Origin: an uncultured Methanoregulaceae archaeon
GTDB lineage: Archaea; Halobacteriota; Methanomicrobia; Methanomicrobiales; Methanospirillaceae
Direction of reading: 5' to 3'
Assembly: GCA_963841015.1 (NCBI GenBank)
Contig: CAWJAX010000002.1
Location: 516,347 to 580,346, forward strand
DNA length: 64,000 nucleotides
Numbering within the stretch: position 1 is the stretch's first letter; the number at the start of each line of letters is the position of its first letter. The translations under genes and the position numbers were made by a program. Under the pieces are notes generated by a model, which was not told the origin of the DNA, searched no databases, and worked only from the letters and a program-made list of their open reading frames with translations. Shown here piece by piece: positions 53,384-64,000 of this stretch.

Positions 53384-54365
53384 ATGTCCAGATTTGATAC
53401 TGCCGAACTTTCCCGAGCCGATCTCCCACAATGGGACGCACTCATTGATCAATCGGCACACGGGACTATTTTCCATAAAAGCGGCTGGCTGGATGCGTGT
53501 GCACAGTCGCTTGGGAAAAAGGTAAAAATTTTCGGGTGTTTCCAGGACGGTCAGTCGATTGGAGGCAGCTCTCTTTTCCTCCAGAAGAAGCTGGGTGTCG
53601 TTACAACGGCCAATTCCACCTGTCTGACGACTCCCTATGGTGGTTGTGGCACTTTCTTCATCCCCAAGCCCGAGTGTTCACAAAAAGGAATCGTTTTTTC
53701 GGGAAATTATTGAATCCCTGCTCAGCGAAATCCGGAAAAGAACATTTCTTTTCTGTCAGCATCCAGAATTCCCCGGAATTTCCCGATATCAGGCCATTTA
53801 CCTTGAATGGCTGGAGATCGAGTGTCTATTATACCTATTATATCAATCTCAATAATAATTTCGAATCCAATTTCGATTCCTCCTTAAAAAGGAATATCCG
53901 GAAAGCAGAAAAAACCGGATTATTATCGAACCTTTTTCTGATGTGTCCCGCTATTATGCTCTCTATTGTGAGACATTTACCCGGAAGAACCTGGTTCCTC
54001 CGGCTCCAAAGCGTCTTTTTACCGAGTTGTATTCATTTATCAAAAATCAGGGATGCGGTGAAATGCTGGCTGCAAAGACCCCGGATGATGAGATTGCCTG
54101 TGCAGAAATAGTTATCTGGGATACCAGACTGGCTTACAGCTGGACAGCAGTCTCTGATTACCGTTCCTGAATTCAGGGTGGATCATCCCTCATCATGAGT
54201 GACTATCTGAAAAGATTGAAGGACCGTAACATCCCGAAGATAGACATCATGATGGCAAATATTCCTCAGTTATCGAGCTTTGCAACGTCTTTCAATCCGC
54301 TTCTCGTCCCTTACTATTATCTCAAACTCGGATGGGATCAATACTATCCTGGCATAGCACCGTAA
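53384..54365 (+). CDS. Second FemAB-like GNAT protein, frameshifted
   Basis: WDALIDQSAHGTIFHKSGW, TPYGG, DIRPF...GW...YTY, FATSFNPLLVPYY across several frames. Confidence 0.75.
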
Positions 54366-54543
54366 TCATCTGTCTCCTCAAGAAAGTGCCGAAAATCTGG
54401 AGTATGGCGGCAGGGATACGGGTTTATCATATCCTTTGTTGCGAAAGGGACGTTAAAAAGTGCAGGACATTTTTGAAATTGATTTTTTGATGCTCGACAA
54501 ATGGCTATGAGCTTATTGGGTCACCCCGGAACGTTGAAAATCG

Positions 54544-54752
54544 AGATCGGGAGAATTCCTTTTCCATGGATATGAAATTCACGATGCACGTACGATGAAT
54601 GAGGTGACACGAGCGTGTCCTCCCATATCGCCCCTGCTATGAGCGATGATGATGGTGCACCTTTTCGGGGTTTATCGCATCGGGGGAGCCAGAGCGGCGG
54701 GAGTGAAACCCCCTTGAGCGTTTAGTCTGCAATTAAGCATTTCTACAGAACA
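54544..54752 (-). mobile_element. Modular MITE copy (B, 209 bp) with a perfect 8-bp TSD
   Basis: GAAAATCG at 54536-54543 and again at 54753-54760; ends AGATCGGGAGAATTCC and GCATTTCTACAGAACA. Confidence 0.88.
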
Positions 54753-54809
54753 GAAAATCGAATATCTGGTTTTTTTGCTATCAATGATTGATTTAACTTT
54801 ATTGATTTT

Positions 54810-55005
54810 GATGGGAAACTGCTCAATTAAAAGGAGATGTGGTCATGGTGATTTCACCACCCCGCTCCAAATGGCTCTCCCCAATGCAAGAGATTCCGAG
54901 TCGGTAATACGTCATAATTGCTGGAGCGCAGGAGGGTATGAGGAGATAGGCACTGTCCCCTCCTTCATTATACCCGTTCTCCGAATTTTATATTGCAAGG
55001 AAATC
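54810..55005 (+). mobile_element. Degenerate B copy, opposite in orientation to the preceding copy
   Basis: GATTTTGATGGGAAACTGCTCAATTA...GAGCGCAGG...AGGCACTGTCCCCTCCTTCATT. Confidence 0.68.
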
Positions 55006-55120
55006 TGAAAAGCGGTGTGTTCAACATTATAAATACGATTAACTACAATGTTTTTTTAAGAATTATCCAGTCATCGTAAGTGGTAATTATTGATAAAAAA
55101 CAGGGAAAACCCGTTGTATC

Positions 55121-56183
55121 ATGAAAATTATATCCGTTGTTGGCGCCCGGCCCAATTCATTAAATGTGCTCCGGTTCTTAGTGAGTTGCGAAAGGAGCAC
55201 GAAGAGATACTCATTCATACCGGTCAGCATTATGATCCGGAGATGTCTGCAGTTTTTTTTGAAGATCTCCATATACCCCAACCGGACTATCATCTTGAGG
55301 TTGGATCAGGATCACACGGAAAACAAACAGCTGGAATCCTGGAAAGGATAGAGACTGGACCCATGCAGGAAATGCCGAGTTTTGTCCTCGTCTATGGTGA
55401 CACGAATTCAACCCTTGGAGGTGCACTGGCTGCTGCAAAACTCCATATCTCCGGTTGCCCATATTGAGGCGGGACTCCGGCTTTCGATTGCACTATGCCA
55501 GGAGTCGAACTGGCGTGGTAACCGATCATATATCAAATCTGCTTTTCTGCCCAACACAGACTGCAACTGATAACCTGAAAAAAGACAGGTATCTCCGACG
55601 GCGTTTACCTGGTCGGGGATGTCATGGTGGATGCCCTGAAACATAATGCGGAAATTGCCAGGAAAAAATCTCAAATTATTAAAAACCTTGGATTAAAAAA
55701 AGGGGATTATTATGTTGCAACTATCCACCGCCCGGGCAACACTGATGACTCAAAGAACCTTACTGCAATTATTGAGGCATTCAGTGAATCAGGGAAAACT
55801 ATTGTCTTTCCAATCCATCCCCGCACAAAAAAATATCTCTGCTTATATGGATTATGGGATTCCTTATCTGAAAATATCCGGTGCATTTATTCCTCTCGGT
55901 TATCTCGATATGCTTCACCTTATGAACTACGCAAAAAAAATCCTTACCGATTCCGGTGGAATTGAGAGGAAGGGCGTATGACTGGGTGTGCCGTGTATCA
56001 CCATGCGGGAGAATACTGAGTGGATTGAAACACTGACAGGGGGATGGAATATCCTCGTTGGTGCGGATAAGAAAAAGATTCCTCTCTGCGGTCGCAGTGG
56101 ATGTCAGGACGAATTCTGATAATACTGTATTTGGGAAGGGAGATGCGGCAGAGAAGATTGTGAGGATTATTTCAAGCCAATGA
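55121..56183 (+). CDS. wecB: UDP-N-acetylglucosamine 2-epimerase (non-hydrolysing), multiply frameshifted
   Basis: [60 protein letters not shown]. Confidence 0.88.
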
Positions 56184-56263
56184 AAGAATTCGCTCAACAG
56201 GCATTGAAAGAGACCTCGTTAAGAAAGAGATTAAATTATCAGAATATCCACGTCTTATTACCA

Positions 56264-57650
56264 ATGCAAAAGGGAGAAAAGAGCCTGGATTATAAAATTT
56301 TTTTAGTAATTGCCACTATTATAATAATTATATTTATTGGGGGCTTTTTAATTTTACCACGGTGTACCCGCAAGTATCTGATATTACAACCCCAGGACCT
56401 GACCTGTTTTTCACCTTATACTTGTAGCTCGATTACGGCATCAAAGCTGGATGGTTCCGATGAAACCGTCAGACTCCAGAGTGCACTGAACTATGCAAAA
56501 TCCAATGGATATACTGCTGTATCTTTTCCCAATGAAGGAAAGACCGTAGGTATTTCCTATTCGGATTTACATCCCCGCAAATATGGAAATCATAGGAAAT
56601 GAATGCACAATAAAACTACTTGCCATGTCCGGGATAGGTCACTGGGGTTGGACTGTTATACTGCCCGCTGCGTCTATATCCACGACCTGAAAATAAAACG
56701 GGAATAAAGATAATCAGGAGGCACAGTCTGACCCGGATTATTATTTCCGAAAGTCTCCCAATGACGGGATGGCTTCGTGACGGGGCACGGTTCTGAGAAC
56801 AATGAAGTGTATAATTTTGGAGGGTACTCGGTTGGAGCAGTCAGAGGAGACGATATTACTATAAGCAATAATAGAATTCATGACAGTGGCAGTACGGAAT
56901 ATCAACTTCGGGTGAGGGTGATGATTATGGTAAAAATATCACTATCACAAAAAATACCTTCTCTAACTGCGGTCAGGTAGGAATAAAATCGAGGTGTCGT
57001 GCATACTGTCTGGTATCCGAAAATTCGATTCCCTTCCGGATCCGATGAGCGATCCCGACAGGAATCCGTTTATATAGTCTTGATGAACCCAACCTGCACA
57101 TTGCAATTACAAATAATACCATAACCGGTTCAGGTTCCGGGAAACTGACATAGCTATTGATTCCAATAACCGAAAATAATTCAGATATTGCTATTACCGG
57201 GAATCAGATAAAGACCGTGCATACCGGGAGAAGAATACGTTTTGATGATGCCAAGGTGATTGATAATACGATAAAGGATTCCCGTTTTACGGGTATTTTG
57301 TTACATGGCAGCAGCGGGACGATTGGGACTGCAACACCCTGAACAATGCCGGGATAATTATTGCCGGGGATAACTCCAGCGGCAATCCCTCCCATAATCT
57401 CATTCAGGATAATATGATAACCGTAAGGCAACGAGTATTGGCGAGCCAAAGGAACTGGAATCTATTTATGGTATACAACAAAGGGAAACATCATTGACGG
57501 GAGCTTAAATCAATGTTGATAATAACGCCATAAGGATAACGAATGATTACGGTGATTCCAGCGGTACTGTTAGAAAAAACAATATTCTTTATTCAAAAAC
57601 AGATTGGATATACAATAAGGGGAAATCTACAGAAATTATGAATAATACCC
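56264..57650 (+). CDS. Membrane-anchored right-handed beta-helix protein, heavily frameshifted
   Basis: N-terminal TM, DGSDET..LQSALNYA pectate-lyase-like start, and repeated I.NN.I / GI.L..S motifs. End approximate. Confidence 0.6.
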
Positions 57651-57978
57651 TGTTATTACCTCCAGGTATGTTTACACAATTCTGGAATTTTTTCAGCCCT
57701 TCTCCAGGGGATTTTCGGACTCTTGAATTAATCGCATCCGTATCCGGACAGGTGGATGGCATACGTCAGATCCACTTCGCTTATTCTCAAAGGCATCCCA
57801 GGAGAAGTGCACAGGCAATGAGTTAACGTAGAGCTCTTTTCCCCAACATTTTTAGATAAATAATCAAATCAATTGGGAGTAACGTATAACCAGCAGGTTT
57901 GATCCTTAGACGAGCACGGGTTTGCGAATTTATATGGTGTGCTAAACCATCTATGACCTATGCAGTCAAAGATATACT

Positions 57979-60086
57979 ATGCCAAATCACGAACAATCAG
58001 TTTGTTCATCGGGACTCATTATTGCAACGATACTAATAACCAATAGCGTTTCAGCAATACTGACTCCTGACCTGACATTTGTTTTTGGGAAAGGCAGGTG
58101 ACACGCCGGTCTGCGGTGACTGGGAATGGTGATGGTAAAGACACTGCTGGCGTGTATAACAGCAATGTATTCTCTCTAAGGAACAGCAACACTGCGGGAA
58201 AATCAGATATAACCTTCTCCTATGGCCTCAGTCCGGGGATATTCCTGTAGTTGGTGACTGGAATGGCGATGGCAAAGATACCGCCGGCGTGTTCGGAAGG
58301 GGGCGTTCCATCTGAGGAACAGCAACACCCGGAAAATGGTGAAATAATCTTTCCCTACGGTCAGTCCGGGGATATTCCTGGAGTTGGTGACTGGAATGGC
58401 GATGGAAAAGATACCGCCGGTGTGTTCGGAAGGGGGCGTTCCATTTAAGGAACAGCAACACTGCGGGAAAATCAGAGATAATCTTCTCCTGATGGCCAGT
58501 CCGGGGATATTCCTGTAGTTGGTGACTGGAATGGCGATGGCAAAGACACGCTGGGAGTATACCGCAATGGAAAATTCTATCTCAGGGTAACAGCAATACT
58601 GCTGGTAACGCCGACCTGATAGTATCAGTGAAATTCCTCGGGAATAAACCAATAGCCGGTGACTGGAACGGGAATGGAAAGACACCACGGGTATCATCAA
58701 AGGCAACACCTGGTATATGGATGTGAACGGAGATGGAACCTTCACCGTATCATCTCCCTATTGCAATAACATCGGTCCCGACAATTACGGTGGCAAATCC
58801 CCATGGGGGGAATCATGGGTCCGGGGAATCGACCCCCACGCTCACCTGGACGAGCTCGGGGGACGTAGGATCCTATGTCAATATTGAATTGCTGAAAGCA
58901 GGAACTGTGGTCCAGACCATATCGTTCTTGGACTCTTAACGACGGTTCCTTCGCCAGTGGACGGTTCCTGACCGGCATAACTACAGGTACTGACTACCGG
59001 ATTCGGATAACGAGTGCAACCAATGCCGCGATTACGGATACAAGCAGCACCTTCACTATCACTTCCGTATTATCAATCAGTGTGGTAACACCTGTCCCGA
59101 CGTCTGGTAAACTGCTACATCAAAAACGTTGTATTTGACTGATTACGGCATTAAAGCCGATGGTTCGGATGAAACCTGCCAGACTCCAGAGTGCGCTGAA
59201 CTATGCAAAATCCAATGGATACACAGCGGTTCTTTCTCTCCCCCCGGGCGCAAAGACGATAGGTATATCCGATCCGATTTACATCCCGGGAAAAGATGGA
59301 GATCATTGGAAATGAATGCACAATAAAACTCCTTGCCATGTCCGGGATAGGTGACGGGTCTGGACAATCGATACCGGTCCCGGGGTTGACATCCATAACC
59401 TGAAAATAAACGGGAATAAGGATAATCAACAGGCAAGTTCTGACCCGGACGATTATTTCCCAAAAACTCCCAATGACGGGATCGCGCTTCGTGACGGGGC
59501 ACGGTTCGAGAACAATGAAGTGTATAATTTCGGCGGGTATATGATCGAATCGGTAAAGGGGGACAATGTGGTAATAAAAAATAATATCATCCATGATGGG
59601 CTGGCAGTATGGGATATTATCTGCCGGGTCGGATTCAGATTACAGTAACAACCTGCTTGGTCCAACAATAAAATATACCGTATGGGTCAGGTCGGTATAA
59701 AGATCCAGCATACCTCCAACAGCCGGTTTGAGGGAAATACCATCACCCTGCCTGCACGGTATGACCTGTTCAGTGTTCCCGGTATCGGGTCTCCTGAACG
59801 AACAGGAATACGACTGTATTCCTATGATGGCCCAAACAATCACCTGACCATTACCGGAAATACCATTATCGGCACTGGCGGAAATAACGAGGTTGCAATC
59901 GAATCTGACACTTCAGCGAATAATTACATCACCATAACAAATAATCAGATAAAGAATGCCTACACAGGAATAAATGTAAAGTTTAACAACGGTATTATCA
60001 CGGGGAATACGATAGACTACGTCCGCACCTGCATCGCAAACGGTGGGAGTGGCAACACCATCAGCGGTAATTCCTGCATTGCGTAA
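57979..60086 (+). CDS. Large secreted protein: FG-GAP-like repeats, Ser/Thr-rich Ig-like domain and beta-helix; heavily frameshifted
   Basis: GDIPVVGDWNGDGKDT repeats; ITVANP.GG...LTWTS.G..VNIELLK...DYRIRITS; C-terminal ITGNTI repeats ending SGNSCIA and a stop. Confidence 0.65.
58060..58740 (+). repeat. Intragenic tandem repeat, about 5 units of about 133 bp
   Basis: CAGTCCGGGGATATTCCTG recurs at 58229, 58362 and 58497, with weaker units on both sides. Confidence 0.85.
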
Positions 60087-60424
60087 AAGTGAAAAGGCAC
60101 TCGCCGGACTGGTTGTGAGGAACGATGACTCCTCAACCCATGGAAAATGAACACTAACTTTTTTTATCCTGTTTTAACTCAACTCCTTCCTGATAGAATT
60201 CTTTGGATAGAGATGAATCCCCTTTTCTCCACAGATTGCTACCAGACTTGAGGCATAGTGTTAGTTCAGGATCAAAATCTTACTCCTTATCGATCTGGAT
60301 GCATTTTTCTTGGTTCATCAGATATGTTTCCACAATTTCTGGTTTGACGGAATTTTAACAAGAGTTGGATGTAAAGAACGGCATAATAGTGTTATATATA
60401 AAAATGTCCGATGGAATATTTCCC

Positions 60425-60864
60425 TGCTCTGGAGAAACAGGCATGAATCTGTAGGATCCACTTCAGAACCAAGAAAATCGTAATGCACATGATAAAACCC
60501 CGCCTCAGGGCCTCTCCGAGGCACGGCGGGCAAAGGTTTTTTTGAATTGTTTGTTCCAGATCCGCCGCGGGGCGATCCTTCGGGGGCTCGTGGCAATCAT
60601 CGTACATGGAAGAGTATGAAAAAAAATATCGTATCATAGCTGAATAGTTCAATTTTCTTGGGAAATGCTCAATTACAAGTGAAACGCTCGGAGGGGGTTT
60701 CAATCCCGCCGCTGTGGCTCCCCCGATGCGATAACTCCCGAACAGGTGCTGCGTCATCACCGCTCAGTGCAGGGGCGGTATGGGGAGCAGGGACTCATGT
60801 CCCCTCCTTCATTCATACCAGCATATTGAATTTCATATCAATTGAAAAGGAATTCAACAGAGCC
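60425..60864 (+). mobile_element. Modular MITE (A+B, 440 bp) with a perfect TSD
   Basis: TATTTCCC at 60417-60424 and 60865-60872; ends TGCTCTGGAGAAAC and AATTCAACAGAGCC. Confidence 0.9.
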
Positions 60865-60879
60865 TATTTCCCTCTTCGT

Positions 60880-61075
60880 GATATTTCGGGTATCGTCACA
60901 TTTCAGCGACGAATTTCTTGTTTTATTGAATGCCCCCCTCTACTCGAACCCTGCCTCCTTTAGGGGCGGGGGCGCATGCGATTCATCTGAATTACCGGAT
61001 AACTGATCCATGGTTAAACAACACCATCACAACCGGGGCGTCATAGTGGTGGGGCGAAGCCCCTTGAGCGTCTTG
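60880..61075. repeat. Module C repeat, copy 2
   Basis: Colinear with 48105-48300; ends GGGGCGAAGCCCCTTGAGCGT. Confidence 0.8.
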
Positions 61076-61116
61076 AGAACGATTTTAAATACCGTGCTGG
61101 TATTCCAGAATTTCCG

Positions 61117-62053
61117 TCATTGTGAAAGATTTTTATGAGTTCCTGATTTTTGATGCCGGAACCACGAAATTGTTTCTGCAAGTCCCTTTTCAAGGGAATA
61201 GGATGTCTGGATCTGAAAATCTTTTTCGCAGCAGTGATATCAAAAACGGAATTGCGGATATCCCCGGATCTGATATATCGGGGGGATCCTGACGTGCATG
61301 ATCTCTCCGATGGTATTTGCAAGCGTGTTGAGATTGATACTTTTCCCGTTTCCAATATTAAACGTGCCCGTTACGGAGGCGCTCTGCATAGCAAGCAGAT
61401 CTGCCCGCACAACATCTTTTACATACACAAAATCCCGTGACTGCAGTCCGTCACCGAAAATTATCGGGGGCTTTGTATCAAGAAACCGGGTAATAAATTT
61501 CGGGATTACTGCTGCATATTCCGAATTGGGATCCTGGCGTGGACCAAAAACATTAAAATAGCGCAAAGAGACGGTCTTCACATCGAAGTACTTGAAGACT
61601 GCTAAATAGTACCGCCAGTTTGGAAACTGCATACGGTGAGAGGGGGACTGGAGGCATATCTTCACGCTTCGGGAGTGTAGGCTACTGCCATAGATTGCTG
61701 ACGATGAAGCAAAAACGACTTTTCTCACTCCGCAATCCCGTGCAGCAAGAATTACGTTTAAGGTGCCGGAAAGGTTGGTCTCATGAGTGGCAGCAGGATC
61801 ACTCACCGACCGTGCCACAGAAGCAATTGCACCGAGGTGAAAAATCCCCTCCGCCCCTTGGAATGCATCCTTCAGTAAAGGGAGATTGGTAATACTTCCC
61901 TTGATAGCGGTGATACTGTCGCCAAACATATTCAGGTTTTCCCGTTTCCCACTGAAAAATTATCGATAACAACGACTTCATGCGATCCGGCAATCGCTTC
62001 AATCATATGGGATCCGATGAAGTCGCTGGCCCCCCGGTGACAATATACTTCAT
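61117..62053 (-). CDS. NAD-dependent epimerase/dehydratase (GalE/WbpP-like SDR), frameshifted
   Basis: MKYIVTGG...FIGSH start, FHLGAIASVARS, FASSSAIYG, LRYFNVFGPRQDPNSEYAAVIP, GDG.QSRDFVYV. End approximate. Confidence 0.85.
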
Positions 62054-62430
62054 GACAGTACCCTAATGAAATTATGCATATAAAAAGCACAAAGTTATCT
62101 GGATTTTGTTTGATGTATGAAATCTTAAATTATCGGTAATTACGGTGACAATCAGTATTTAAAAGGGATTTTTAAATTTCAGGACCGTTCAAAAGAAATC
62201 TTATAATCTCGATATTAATCCGGCACGTTTCTTCATAAAGTCCTTGGTTGGAAGGGGACATCTAACCAAACGGTTATATCCGATATCTTTTTTGTTCTCA
62301 CCTTGGACTCGCAACGGGATCTCAATTTATAAAATATCAATGAGAAGCATTTATGTAATCCATTGATGTATTGTATTAATACTGATATATAATATAATTC
62401 ATCTTCGAAGTTTACAAGGAGGTAAAAGTC

Positions 62431-64000
62431 GTGGAATATGGTATATCCCATCCTTCAGGGTCAAGATCAGATACTGCGGAGTTGGAATCTGCACACTCAA
62501 GTATCATTGGCGTGCTCCTGCTCATTACGCTGGTTATGGTTATGGGAGGTATTGTCAGTCTGATGTTTCTTCACAACCTGTACCCTGACAAGGTTCCTAT
62601 TGCTATCGTAGTGTTTTCAAAAACCAACGACAGGGTTGAACTCATGAACAAAGCCGGAGACACACTCACAAGCAGTTCTGTTGCAATAGTTGTTGATGGA
62701 ATAGACAGGACTAAAGAATTCAGGGCACCAGAAAATACCCCGGATTGGAAGACATTAACTCCTCCGGTGAACACATTTACTTCATAGTCCCTCAGGAACC
62801 AAAATCTGTCCAGGTCGTATATGTCAGCAATTCCGGGAAATACCTCCTTGCTTCTTTGGGACCTGCATCTGGCACGTCAATGACACCAATAACGACCGTG
62901 ACTTCTCCCTTGCCGGTTCCACAATTCCTGTTGCAGCCTTCCCGACGGTAACGCATATAACCCCGACTTCGGATACAATGGCACAAATATTACCACCATA
63001 ACCATGACCGGACTCTGTTTCTCATGGAGCCACGGTTATGCTGAACGGAACGGGGATTTGCAGATATTTCCGCGATAAATGTGACCATTGTCAGCCCGGT
63101 ACAGATCATGCTCGTTCAACCTCACGGGTGTACCAGAGGGTTTCCGTAATGTTGTGGTCACGAATAGTGACGGTAACCAGGGAGTGCTTTTTGGAGGGTT
63201 CAGAGTTGATGGAGCAGAATCCCGTCCCGTTGTTAATTTTGTAGCAACCCCAGGAATGGGAACTGCCCCGCTTTTTGTCCAGTTTAACGATTCTTCAAAG
63301 GGCTCAACGTCATCATGGGGATGGTCGTTTCGTGATGGGGAGACTTCGGATAGTCAGAACACTTCGCACCGCTATGTCCGTCCAGGAAACTACAGTGTAA
63401 ACTTCACAGCGATCCCTGTCAATGGGATTGGGACTTGAGGGAAATCAAAACCCAATATATTATTGTTAAACCCCCAAAACCCGTAGCGAACTTTACCAGT
63501 AATGTTACGCAGATACCCGTGAATGGATTTGTTCAATTCTCCGATACCAGCACGAATACCCCGACAAGTGGAATGGGACATTTGGTGATGATCTGTTTAT
63601 GATACGCATCAGCATCCTGTTCATCAATATATAAATCCGGGTATTTTCACCGTACATCTGACCGTGACGAATGCCGAGGGGAGTGACAGCATAATCAAAA
63701 CAAACTATATTCAGGTTATGAATGTCAATCACGCTCCCGTTCTTGCTCAAATCACCAATAAGACAACAACCATTGGTATACCCCTCACCTTTATCGTAAC
63801 TGCATCGGACCTGGATAATAGCCGTCTTACCTTTTCAGCAATGGGACTTCCCACGTTGCCACAACCTTTGATCCTGCAACCAGAACATTTACCTGGACTC
63901 CCGTGGATGGTATTAGGTAATTATCCGGTCACTTTCACTGTGTCTGACGGAACACTCAATGACAGTGAAACCTGTTGGATCAAAGTGAATGCACTACCCA
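62431..64000 (+). CDS. Archaeal type IV pilin-like N-terminus followed by IPT/TIG, PKD and Ig-like domains; frameshifted and running off the window
   Basis: AHSSIIGVLLLITLVMVMGGIV pilin-like N-terminus; NVVVTNSDG; GTAPLFVQFNDSS...WGWSF.DG...HRY..PGNYSV (PKD); NHAPVL...TASDLD. Confidence 0.7.

Noticed and set aside
58060-58740. Regularly spaced repeats resembling a CRISPR array
   Set aside because: Whole units of about 133 bp repeat with no unique spacers, they encode a protein motif, and no cas genes are present.
28617-60963. Recurrent short ORFs such as MLNY.LNA..GF...HHRSAQGRHGG and MGNAQLQ...SSSLSAG.AWG (28617, 28681, 39508, 39632, 51010, 52777, 60658) that look like a small-protein family
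   Set aside because: They are translations of repeat module B. Frames, starts and stops differ between copies, indels are not multiples of three, and no transposase motifs are present.
1-64000. Autonomous transposase, integrase, prophage or defence system
   Set aside because: No ORF with DDE, HUH, tyrosine/serine recombinase, capsid, Cas or restriction-modification motifs was recognised. Any mobilising enzyme for the repeats must lie outside the window.

Overview
This is a chromosomal segment of a Methanomicrobiales-type methanogenic archaeon (Methanoregula/Methanolinea-like, inferred from gene content). Bases 1-48 kb hold mostly core genes: polX, form III RuBisCO, pyrD/pyrK, mobA, ogt, an XPD-like helicase, beta-carbonic anhydrase, an FDR/glutaredoxin/ferritin-like redox cluster, carAB, argG, methanogenesis marker 14, carS-pyrE-purD-argF, tetraether synthase, dnaG, an AlaDH/OCD-family enzyme, pyrC and several PAS kinases. 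Bases 45-64 kb form a surface-glycan/cell-envelope region that is heavily frameshifted, probably from long-read errors. The most striking non-coding signal is a dispersed family of about 22 intergenic elements (about 6 kb, roughly 10% of the window, counted by eye). They are non-autonomous MITE-like elements with GGCTCTG(G/T)(A/T)GAA-type terminal inverted repeats and 8-bp target-site duplications. They are built from interchangeable modules (A, B, E, plus variants C and D) joined by an internal CCATGAAAAT motif and rich in GNA-triloop hairpins. Other unusual items are a receiver-domain/glycosyltransferase fusion next to an HTH-PAS kinase, and a His-less kinase paired with a sensor-only paralogue. 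Coordinates were read by hand; degenerate repeat ends and frameshifted gene ends are approximate.
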